A DNA stretch of 10,419 nucleotides from an uncultured Gammaproteobacteria bacterium (GTDB lineage: Bacteria > Patescibacteriota > Microgenomatia > Daviesbacterales > UBA10151). A program made the position numbers and the translations under genes. Where the stretch lies: NCBI GenBank assembly GCA_964522265.1, contig CAZFVS010000025.1, positions 1 to 10,419 on the forward strand. The letters are read 5' to 3'. Positions 1 to 6,933 of the stretch are shown in pieces. The notes beneath the pieces were generated by a model, which saw only the letters and a program-made list of their open reading frames with translations, was not told where the DNA came from and did no database searches. The number at the start of each line of letters is the position of its first letter. Positions within the stretch are counted from its first letter, which is position 1.

Positions 1-1735
1 ATCCGCTGCAATTTATACCAACACCTTGTCCTGATGCTCTGGCCGAGAAATTTCCATTCACAACCGGCTGTTCCGGGTTAGAAAATTGGAACGATTCAAC
101 AAAAGATGCCGTTACTCCGCTTTCTGATATATTTGCTTTGATTTGAGCCTGTCCTGATGAGTTGATAGGAGCGCTGTATCCTCCGCGGATAACAACAGTA
201 TTATTCCTGACGGAAAACTGGTCAGGCGCGGTTCCTGCTGCAAACCCGCCACAATTCCCGGAAGTTTGGGTAGTGTAGTTTCCATCCCAGGAAGCAGTTT
301 TTGGTTGGATGACGGCTTTTCCGTTATTGTTATTATTTTTGGGTGTTTCAGCAGGCGGCGGGGGAGGCGGCAGTAAATTTTGCTCAGGACAACGGACGCC
401 GGCATCGCCTCCGGCATAGCTTCCGCCGGAATATGTTAAAAGTTTCCAGCATTTTCCATTGGCTTTGGGCTGCCAGCAGGTATAACCGCTTTCAGTAGTG
501 GGCAGACGGGTTTTTACTCCGCCAGTGTCCCCAATAGTCCCACCGCTTGCTGAACACGAGTCAAAAAATGCCTGTACAATTGGCGGGTTTTTTGCCTGTT
601 CTCCTCCGGAAGTAATTCCAACCCCCCCGATTGGGTAACCTGCTTGTTCAAAATCTTTGCTTGCCTGCTGCCAGTTGTCCTGCCACTGCTCGGGCGCTTT
701 TGCTTCCCCCACAGCATATCCAAGAGCAGATCTATAAACCCCTGAGACAATCTTTTGCATACCTGTAAGGCAGGTGCTTTTTATGCAGGGGTTTCTGCGT
801 CCTGCTGCATATGCGGTAGGGAACTCTACAAGAGAAGGAGTTTTAGCATCGGAGAGGTTATCCAAAAAATGCTGCTGCAGCAAAAGTTTTGCAGCAATAA
901 AGCGCATTGTTTGTCTATCCTTTCTTTGTATTGCACTGTCTCCAAATTGTTTGAGATCCCTGATTCTCTCAACGCTTTTTGTAAAAAATCCCAAAACCTG
1001 GTTATCTGTTAAAGCCAAAGAGAAAGAAGGAGGCTGGTCTGATACCTCGCTCCATTTTTTGTCTCCTGCAGTAGCAAGGATTATGTCTTCGCCCCAACCT
1101 TTTACGGTACTCTGGTAACTAAATAAAAGGGAGGGGATTTCATGAGTATTAATAGCATCTGCTGAATTGCCAAGTTCTTTATAAATCCTCTCTTTTGACC
1201 AGCCATAAGGATATCCGCGGTTGTTTTGGATATCATTTCCAACAACTCGTGTTAAAAATATAGGCGCCAATTCTTCCTGGATAGTATCAAGGGATGAAAG
1301 TGCATTGTTGTATTGGTAATCATTGATCCGATCTTTTATTACCAGTATCAGGATAATTACCGCTGAAACAGCAAGTATCGCTGCCCTGGGATGTTTGAAT
1401 AAATACCAGAACAGGTTTTTCGCTCCGGTAAAAAGCGGTTTAAAAATGATTTTTACCATGAGTATAAACATCAGCAAAAGCGGGATAACCATGATCACTG
1501 TCACAAAGTTTTTTGCTCCTGTTGGAACAGTCGGTTCGGTGTTCAAATAAGCGATAAAACCGATTATTATCAGGAATATAATAAATTGGAGAATGAATTG
1601 GACGATTGGATTCTTAGGTTTTTTTGGTTCCTGGGCTTCTTTTTTATCGGGCTCAGCAGAATGAATCGGCTTTCCGCAGGAAGAGCAAAACTCTGCCTGG
1701 CCAGGGTTATTTTGACCGCAATGGGTACAGTACAT
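1..1735 (-). CDS. Partial CDS (C-terminus beyond the window): N-terminal zinc-ribbon, 3-TM membrane protein with a large Cys-containing extracytoplasmic region; function unknown
   Basis: Absent from the ORF track because it runs off the window. Read by hand: ATG at 1735-1733, preceded by an in-frame TAA (1747-1745). No TTA/CTA/TCA triplet occurs at any + position equal to 2 mod 3 from 2 to 1735, giving 578 open codons. The product starts MYCTHCGQNNPGQAEFCSSCGKPIH (CxxC-x10-CxxC zinc ribbon). Three hydrophobic helices follow (IVQFILQFIIFLIIIGFIAYL; FVTVIMVIPLLLMFILMVKIIF; AAILAVSAVIILILVI). After them comes a long soluble region (...GYTCWQPKANGKCWKLL...), a PPPPPP/NNNNN linker and a Gly/Ser/Asn/Thr-rich distal part (...WDGNYTTQTSGNCGGFAAG...). 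Confidence 0.8.
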   Translation of the reverse strand, partial: MYCTHCGQNNPGQAEFCSSCGKPIHSAEPDKKEAQEPKKPKNPIVQFILQFIIFLIIIGFIAYLNTEPTVPTGAKNFVTVIMVIPLLLMFILMVKIIFKPLFTGAKNLFWYLFKHPRAAILAVSAVIILILVIKDRINDYQYNNALSSLDTIQEELAPIFLTRVVGNDIQNNRGYPYGWSKERIYKELGNSADAINTHEIPSLLFSYQSTVKGWGEDIILATAGDKKWSEVSDQPPSFSLALTDNQVLGFFTKSVERIRDLKQFGDSAIQRKDRQTMRFIAAKLLLQQHFLDNLSDAKTPSLVEFPTAYAAGRRNPCIKSTCLTGMQKIVSGVYRSALGYAVGEAKAPEQWQDNWQQASKDFEQAGYPIGGVGITSGGEQAKNPPIVQAFFDSCSASGGTIGDTGGVKTRLPTTESGYTCWQPKANGKCWKLLTYSGGSYAGGDAGVRCPEQNLLPPPPPPAETPKNNNNNGKAVIQPKTASWDGNYTTQTSGNCGGFAAGTAPDQFSVRNNTVVIRGGYSAPINSSGQAQIKANISESGVTASFVESFQFSNPEQPVVNGNFSARASGQGVGINCSG

Positions 1736-1741
1736 ATTCTT

Positions 1742-1750
1742 ATATTAACA
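1742..1750 (-). promoter_or_regulatory. Putative extended -10 promoter (TGtTAATAT on the minus strand) for the 1735 minus-strand gene; leaderless geometry
   Basis: Reverse complement of 1742-1750 is TGTTAATAT. Only 6 nt (1741-1736) separate the hexamer from the ATG at 1735. No purine-rich SD fits in that gap. Confidence 0.45.
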
Positions 1751-1768
1751 TGTATTTGTATTAGGATA

Positions 1769-1797
1769 TTGACTTCTACTGCAAAATTACCTACTCT
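1769..1797 (+). promoter_or_regulatory. Putative sigma70-type promoter for the 1805-6494 operon (TTGACT-17 nt-TACTCT), leaderless geometry
   Basis: TTGACT at 1769-1774, a 17-nt spacer at 1775-1791, and TACTCT at 1792-1797. A further 7 nt (gaaatag) precede the ATG at 1805. No SD. Confidence 0.5.
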
Positions 1798-1804
1798 GAA
1801 ATAG

Positions 1805-2686
1805 ATGGGTTGGATTAAATCTCACAAACTGGTGATAATTCTTTTTGGCGTTATTATTATACTTTTAGTGTATAACTCTGGTCCAGTTTATAACTCTAGT
1901 CCAAAAACTACATCCCCCCCATCCGGAACAAAATCAACTTCAACAAGACCGCAGGTTTTAAATTCGGCTCCGGCAGAGGATAGCTTTGGGCAAAGTCTTC
2001 CTGAACAAAACATGGTGGTTAAAGAATCAACAATCTCCATGTTGGTATCAGATGTGATCAGTGTAGAAAGCAAAATCATCTCCTACGCCAAAGAGTCGGG
2101 GGGATATATGGTGAATACCTCATATTCCAAGCAGGAAGATTCTCCTTTTGCCACTATTTCTGTCAGGGTTCCCACCGAACAGTTAGACCAAAGCCTTATC
2201 TTTATCAGGTCTTTAGGGGTTAAAGTGACAGATGAGAATATTGTGGGGACAGATGTTACCCAGGATTATACTGATATTGCAGCCCGTTTGAACACCCTGA
2301 AACAGGCAGAGAAAAAATTGCAGGAATTGCTTACGAAAGCCTCCGATGCTGAAGATATTTTAACAGCCCAAACAGACCTGTTGGATATCCAGCAGCAGAT
2401 GGATGATTTAAACGGTCAAAAACAGGCTCTTGAACAAAATGCCAGGCTTACTAAAATCACGGTTTATATCTCAACTGATGAGCTGGCGCTACCTTATGCC
2501 CCCGAACATGCCTTCAGGCCTGACGTCATCTTTAAGAGTGCGGTTAGAAGCATGCTTTCTACCCTGCAGTTTTTGGGAGAACTATTCATCTGGTTGGTGG
2601 TCTACTCACCCCTGATAGCCATTGGGGTAGTAATATACCGTCTTATCAAAAAATTTAAGAATAGGAAAAAGACTCCGGCTGCATGA
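1805..2686 (+). CDS. DUF4349-family membrane protein (N-terminal TM anchor, coiled-coil core, C-terminal TM)
   Basis: 293-aa track ORF. The core ...ISYAKESGGYMVNTSYS...ATISVRVPTEQLDQSLIFIRSLGVKVTDENIVGTDVTQDYTDIAARLNTLKQAEKKLQELLTKASDAEDILTAQTDLLDIQQQMDDLNGQKQALEQNARLTKITVYI matches the remembered DUF4349 (PF14257) pattern: GGY..., RVP..., DVT.eY.D.eaRL.nL...e.rLleLl.kA...edlL..e.eL. Hydrophobic helices sit at both ends. Confidence 0.85.
   Translation: MGWIKSHKLVIILFGVIIILLVYNSGPVYNSSPKTTSPPSGTKSTSTRPQVLNSAPAEDSFGQSLPEQNMVVKESTISMLVSDVISVESKIISYAKESGGYMVNTSYSKQEDSPFATISVRVPTEQLDQSLIFIRSLGVKVTDENIVGTDVTQDYTDIAARLNTLKQAEKKLQELLTKASDAEDILTAQTDLLDIQQQMDDLNGQKQALEQNARLTKITVYISTDELALPYAPEHAFRPDVIFKSAVRSMLSTLQFLGELFIWLVVYSPLIAIGVVIYRLIKKFKNRKKTPAA
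1868..1903 (+). repeat. Imperfect 18-bp tandem duplication inside the DUF4349 linker (VYNSGP/VYNSSP)
   Basis: gtgtataactctggtcca (1868-1885) is followed directly by gtttataactctagtcca (1886-1903), with 2 mismatches. Confidence 0.9.
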
Positions 2687-4422
2687 TTTTAGAGATACAT
2701 CATCTCAAGATTTTTTCTAGGCTTTCTATCTTCGCCAAATTTATAATCTTGGCCAGCAGCCTTTTTGCAATTTTAGCAGTTATTGTGCTTTTTGTTTCGA
2801 ATATTATTATCCGGAACTCTTTTATCGATCGTTCGAAATCAGCCGTTGCCAGTGTCATTCAATTTGAGGCCAGGGATTTGCGGGCGGAAGATTTTTCTTT
2901 AAAAGATCCTGATCATGCCAAAATAGTTTTTAATAGCCTTTACGAAAAAGTTAGATCATCAGAAATTCTGAGGATTAAAGTTTGGGATTATTCCGCTAAA
3001 ATAATTTTTTCTGATGATGAGTCAATTATTGGTCAGCGTTTCCCCGATAACAACGAATTTAAAGAGGCATTAAAGGGAAAGATAGTTACGGAACTTGGGC
3101 AAAAAACAAAAGCGGAAAATATCTCCGAGCAGGGTTATGAGCAGTTGCTGGAAGTATATGTACCGATCACTTTTAAAGGCGAGAACGTGCCTTCCGGCGT
3201 TATTGAGGCCTATTTTAAACTGGATGGTGTTAATGAACGCATTAAAGAAACGCAGATAATTCTTATTGTAACCATAATTACTTTTACTCTTGTGTCGATT
3301 GGTCTTCTTTTTCTCATATTTAAGCTAATCATTTACAAACAAATAGAGAAAATTAATCTGCAGGCAGTGGCGCTTGATGATGCCTCTGACCATGTGATCA
3401 TCACAGACCCGGAAGGGGTTATTTTATATGTCAATAAAGCTGCAGAAATATTAACCGGATACTCAAAAAGCGAGATGATCGGCAACCGCCCGTCACTTTG
3501 GGGAAAACAGATGCCTAAGGAGTTTTATGAAAAGATGTGGAGAATAATTAAAACGGAAAAAAGGGATTTTAAGAATGAAATTAAAAACAGACGTAAAGAT
3601 GGGACAGAGTATGATGCTGAAGTTAAGATATCACCAGTATTGGGTAGGAACAACAATATAGACTTTTTTGTGGGGATTGAGCGCGATATAACAAAAGAAA
3701 AGCAGGTTGACAGGGCCAAGACAGAATTTGTATCTCTGGCATCTCATCAATTGCGTACGCCCTTATCAACCATCAATTGGTATGCTGAGATGCTTTTGTC
3801 ACCAGGTGGTAGTCCGTTGAGTCAGGGTCAAAAAACATATGTTATGGAAATAGCAGGTGCAAGCAAACGAATGGTAAAACTGGTAAATGCCCTGCTCGAT
3901 ATTTCTCACATTGAGTTTGGCACCTTTACCATTAAGCCGGAACCGGTTAATCCTAAAAAGATTACCGAAATGTGTTTAAAAGAACTTATGCCTGAAATTC
4001 TCAAAAAAAAGCTTAAATTAACTGTCAAATACGACGCTTCGCTGCCTGTTATCCAATCAGACCCTAAACTACTTGAGATAATATTAACCAACCTTTTAAC
4101 AAATAGTATCAAATTCACGCCTGCGGGGGGGCGGATCAAGCTTTCTGTTGACAAAGGAAAATCTGATATAATAGTTACAGTTTCGGATACTGGTTTGGGG
4201 ATTCCAAAAGAGGCGCAGGCACATGTATTTGAGAAACTGTTTCGTGCTGAAAATATTAAAAAAACCGATATTGATGGGACAGGATTGGGCTTGTATATTG
4301 TCAAAGCAATAGTTGACCAATTAGGTGGGAAGATCTGGTTTGAGTCATTCGCCCCGCCGGGAAGCAAAGGTACAACATTCTATGTTGTACTGCCTTATGA
4401 CCAAAACAATATTAATAGTTGA
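2683..4422 (+). CDS. Membrane sensor histidine kinase (TM - ~170-aa extracytoplasmic domain - TM - PAS - HisKA - HATPase_c)
   Basis: 579-aa ORF whose ATG overlaps the upstream stop (ATGA at 2683-2686). There are two TM helices (FIILASSLFAILAVIVLFV; IILIVTIITFTLVSIGLLFLIF). The PAS region reads DHVIITDPEGVILYVNKAAEILTGYSKSEMIG...GIERDITKEK. The H-box is FVSLASHQLRTPLSTI, the N-box LLTNSIKFTP, G1 DTGLGIP and G2 GTGLGLYIVK. Confidence 0.93.
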   Translation: MILEIHHLKIFSRLSIFAKFIILASSLFAILAVIVLFVSNIIIRNSFIDRSKSAVASVIQFEARDLRAEDFSLKDPDHAKIVFNSLYEKVRSSEILRIKVWDYSAKIIFSDDESIIGQRFPDNNEFKEALKGKIVTELGQKTKAENISEQGYEQLLEVYVPITFKGENVPSGVIEAYFKLDGVNERIKETQIILIVTIITFTLVSIGLLFLIFKLIIYKQIEKINLQAVALDDASDHVIITDPEGVILYVNKAAEILTGYSKSEMIGNRPSLWGKQMPKEFYEKMWRIIKTEKRDFKNEIKNRRKDGTEYDAEVKISPVLGRNNNIDFFVGIERDITKEKQVDRAKTEFVSLASHQLRTPLSTINWYAEMLLSPGGSPLSQGQKTYVMEIAGASKRMVKLVNALLDISHIEFGTFTIKPEPVNPKKITEMCLKELMPEILKKKLKLTVKYDASLPVIQSDPKLLEIILTNLLTNSIKFTPAGGRIKLSVDKGKSDIIVTVSDTGLGIPKEAQAHVFEKLFRAENIKKTDIDGTGLGLYIVKAIVDQLGGKIWFESFAPPGSKGTTFYVVLPYDQNNINS

Positions 4423-4810
4423 AGATGACGCTTCACTAATGAGGGTTCTGACAGAAAAGTTGATTCTGGCAGGGTTCCATGTGCTGCAGGCAAAGGATGG
4501 GGAAGAAGGTTTCCGTACCGCTCAAGAAAAACATCCGGATCTAATTCTTCTTGATATTATTATGCCCGGGACGGATGGTATGGGAATGCTGAGATCGCTC
4601 AGGTATAAGTTTCCAACTAATGATACATGGGGCAAAACTGTCCCGGTAATTTTACTCACCAATGTAGATACACCGGAAACGATGTCAGAAGCATTAAAGA
4701 AGGGGGTTCTCTATTTGGTCAAATCTGATGTGACGCTCGATCAGGTAGTTGAGGCGGTTAAAGAAAAACTGTCCATACCTCTCATCCCTCAGTCGCATAT
4801 AGTGGAATAA
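4397..4810 (+). CDS. Single-domain (CheY-like) response regulator, receiver domain only
   Basis: MTKTILIVEDDASLMRVL...HPDLILLDIIMPGTDGMGML...VPVILLTN...LYLVKSD carries the acidic pocket, the phospho-acceptor Asp, and the conserved Thr and Lys. No output domain is present (137 aa). The track ORF begins at GTG 4325 inside the kinase gene. I prefer ATG 4397, which places ILIVEDD 5 residues from the N-terminus; ATG 4382 is an alternative. Confidence 0.88.
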   Translation: MTKTILIVEDDASLMRVLTEKLILAGFHVLQAKDGEEGFRTAQEKHPDLILLDIIMPGTDGMGMLRSLRYKFPTNDTWGKTVPVILLTNVDTPETMSEALKKGVLYLVKSDVTLDQVVEAVKEKLSIPLIPQSHIVE

Positions 4811-4816
4811 TTAACA

Positions 4817-6028
4817 ATGGCAGGTAGAAAAAAAATTATCATTGCAGGTGCGGGTTTTGGCGGAGTGAGAGCTGCTTTGAGCCTTTCCCGATATAAAGAA
4901 TTAGACATTCAACTTATAAATGATGGTCCCTATCACCTTTTTCATGCAGATTTATACAAAGTGGCAACGGCAGCGCTGCCCAATGAAACAAAGCTGGAAT
5001 TTAAAAATCTGGCAGGTTCGGTCAATATTCCATTGCAGCAAATATTTAAAAGTTCAGATGTTGAATTGTTGATTGATCGTATCACTGAAGTTGACTTGCC
5101 AAATCAAAAAGTTAAAACAATCAATAAGGATTTAGACTATGATTTTTTAGTTTTAAGTCTGGGGAGTTTGACGAATTATTATGATGTCCAGGGTGCTAAA
5201 GATTTTTCACATCCTTTAAAAACCGTGGAAGACGCTTTGAATTTACGCAATGATATTGAAGAGTTGGTAACCCACAGCAAAAATCCGGTAGAAATTACCA
5301 TCGCTGGGGGAGGGTTTACCGGGGTAGAGCTGGCAGGTGAATTACCTCAATTTTTAAAGAGTTTACCGAAAAGCGGTAAGGAAGCTATAAATATTACAAT
5401 AATTGAAGGATCGCCAAATATATTGTCGGGAATGCCAATCTGGGCGCAGAAAAAAGCTGCCCAAAGATTAAAAAACTTAAGAGTTCAAATTCTTACAGAC
5501 AAGTTAATAGAAAAAGTAGAAGATCATAATATAGTTTTCCAGGATGGAAGCAGCCGGCAATTTGATTATCTGGTTTGGACAACAGGTGTCAAGGGTGAAA
5601 ATCTGGAAGGAAGAATTAAAGGAGTAGAATTAAATAAAAAAGGACAGATATCTGTTAAACAAGACTTAAGTTTAGAAAAATTTCCAAATGTATTTGTCAT
5701 AGGGGATTTGGCAGAATGTATGGACCTGAAGCGTGGATGTCCGATTTCATCAACCGCTTGGGCGGCAATCAGTCAAGGTGATTTGGCAGCTAAAAATATA
5801 AATTATAAAATAAATAATTTATCGACAAAATATTATATAGCCACCAACCCAGTATTTATTGTGCCGGTTGGTGAAAGATACGCGCTTTCCAATAATCAGG
5901 GCTTAAAAATTTCAGGATTTTTAGGCTGGATTTTAAAAAGACTAACTTCCCTCCGGTATTTTATTTCTATACTTCCGTTACCAAATGCAGTATCATTATG
6001 GTGGAAGGGGGTGAGGATTTATGAATGA
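4817..6028 (+). CDS. ndh: Type II NADH:quinone oxidoreductase (NDH-2) family FAD-dependent oxidoreductase
   Basis: 403 aa with two Rossmann dinucleotide motifs (KKIIIAGAGFGGVRAA; ITIAGGGFTGVELAGEL). It also has VFVIGDLA and the amphipathic C-terminal membrane-anchor region typical of NDH-2 (ISGFLGWILKRLTSLRYFISILPLPNAVSLWWKGV). Confidence 0.85.
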   Translation: MAGRKKIIIAGAGFGGVRAALSLSRYKELDIQLINDGPYHLFHADLYKVATAALPNETKLEFKNLAGSVNIPLQQIFKSSDVELLIDRITEVDLPNQKVKTINKDLDYDFLVLSLGSLTNYYDVQGAKDFSHPLKTVEDALNLRNDIEELVTHSKNPVEITIAGGGFTGVELAGELPQFLKSLPKSGKEAINITIIEGSPNILSGMPIWAQKKAAQRLKNLRVQILTDKLIEKVEDHNIVFQDGSSRQFDYLVWTTGVKGENLEGRIKGVELNKKGQISVKQDLSLEKFPNVFVIGDLAECMDLKRGCPISSTAWAAISQGDLAAKNINYKINNLSTKYYIATNPVFIVPVGERYALSNNQGLKISGFLGWILKRLTSLRYFISILPLPNAVSLWWKGVRIYE

Positions 6029-6494
6029 ACGTAGTTCTTCTACGAATAGAGGACTATTAGTGGTATTGCTGGCAATAGATTTTATCTGGCTTAGAAGCAG
6101 CTGGGGGAAGCTTTCAGGAGGCCAATTTGTGGGCAATCTAGGTACCACACTGACAAAGTTTACATCAGCCAACCCATACCCTTTTGTTAAAGATTTTTTA
6201 ACAAATACAGCGATTCCCAATGCCCAAACTTTTGGTTTATTAACCATGTGGGGTGAAGTCTTTGTGGCAGTGTCACTGTTTGTCTCTTTAATCTATTTTC
6301 TTATGTCACGTAAAGATAATAAATTAATGTTATTACTGCTGGCAATGGGTCTTCTGGGGGGAATGTTTTTAAATAAAGTCTTTTGGTGGGCGGCGGGATA
6401 TACCAGCCCTTCAACCGAAAGCCTGAATTTACTGATGTTTTTAATAGAGGCGATTGGGTTAATTTATGCCCTGAAACTGTTGATCAAAAAATAG
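6021..6494 (+). CDS. DoxX/DoxD-like integral membrane protein
   Basis: 157 aa and about 4 TM. The N-terminal LLVVLLAIDFIWLRSSWGKLSGGQF plus ...NPYPFVKDFL...FGLLTMWGEVFVAVSLFVSL resembles the DoxX/TQO-DoxD pattern (RI.lG..wl..g..K ... GE..iGl.L). Its start overlaps the ndh stop (ATGAATGA). It is the only gene in the window with a clear SD (GAGG at 6013-6016). Confidence 0.65.
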   Translation: MNERSSSTNRGLLVVLLAIDFIWLRSSWGKLSGGQFVGNLGTTLTKFTSANPYPFVKDFLTNTAIPNAQTFGLLTMWGEVFVAVSLFVSLIYFLMSRKDNKLMLLLLAMGLLGGMFLNKVFWWAAGYTSPSTESLNLLMFLIEAIGLIYALKLLIKK

Positions 6495-6577
6495 GATTAA
6501 TAGAGGAGTTAAGTATATACTTTGAGTAAAGTCACAATGCTGTTGTCCTAAGCTCATCGAAGGTATAAAATTTGCTG

Positions 6578-6793
6578 ATGAGTATTAGATTTTCTGATTA
6601 TGCCAAATTTCAGTTAAGAAAATGCAGAATATCCCAAAAGAAAACTTTAGAAATTGTCAGAAATCCTCAGGAAATTAGGTTAAGTTACAAATCCAGGCAA
6701 TTGCGGCGCAAGTTAATTGGTGATAAAATACGGTTATGGTCATTGATTGGACACATATTTATAAAAAATACAAAGGGCTTTGGGCGGCTTTAA
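6578..6793 (+). CDS. Small DUF4258-like (toxin-like) protein, possibly degenerate at the C-terminus
   Basis: MSIRFSDYAKFQLRKCRISQKKTLEIVRNPQEIRLSYKSRQLRRKLIGDKIRL... resembles the remembered DUF4258 pattern (i.FS.HA...m.eRgIs.eev.evl.np..v...ykgr.....kigdk.l.vvy). The tail (WSLIGHIFIKNTKGFGRL) does not fit that pattern and overlaps the next ORF by 58 nt. I use ATG 6578 rather than the track's TTG 6572. Confidence 0.4.
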   Translation: MSIRFSDYAKFQLRKCRISQKKTLEIVRNPQEIRLSYKSRQLRRKLIGDKIRLWSLIGHIFIKNTKGFGRL

Positions 6794-6933
6794 AAGATGA
6801 TGAAGTTACTGTTATTTCTTCTGGTAAGAACCTGGAAGATACTTCCAAGAAAGCAAAAAATAAGGATTTTGATAATCCAATATATTTTAAAGTACCAAAA
6901 AAATTAACTTACTTTGTAGGTGCCACAATATAA
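6736..6933 (+). CDS. DUF5678-like small protein (antitoxin-like partner)
   Basis: MVIDWTHIYKKYKGLWAALKDDEVTVISSGKNLEDTSKKAKNKDFDNPIYFKVPKK matches the remembered DUF5678 pattern (...y.GkWVAl.d.kVv.sg..l.ev..kAk.kg...P.i..vP). ATG 6736 is the first start after the in-frame stops at 6721 and 6724. Confidence 0.6.
   Translation: MVIDWTHIYKKYKGLWAALKDDEVTVISSGKNLEDTSKKAKNKDFDNPIYFKVPKKLTYFVGATI

Noticed and set aside
622-628. C7/G7 homopolymers (622-628 in the surface-protein gene; also 1914-1920 in the DUF4349 gene) as phase-variation switches
   Set aside because: Seven residues is at or below the length usually associated with slipped-strand switching. The tracts simply encode Gly-Gly and Pro-Pro in linker regions, and no length heterogeneity is visible in a single sequence.
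112-1804. Six track ORFs (112..417-, 514..750-, 755..1012+, 774..1118+, 1323..1550+, 1586..1804+)
   Set aside because: All lie inside the 578-codon open minus-strand frame 1..1735, in other frames or on the opposite strand. Their products are low-complexity or Cys/Arg-rich nonsense with no motifs, and the long frame gives a coherent zinc-ribbon/TM/ectodomain protein.
4325-4396. GTG 4325 as the start of the response regulator (161-aa version)
   Set aside because: It would add 24 residues (MGRSGLSHSPRREAKVQHSMLYCL) that lie entirely within the kinase 3' end and have no receiver-domain counterpart. ATG 4397 gives a canonical N-terminus.
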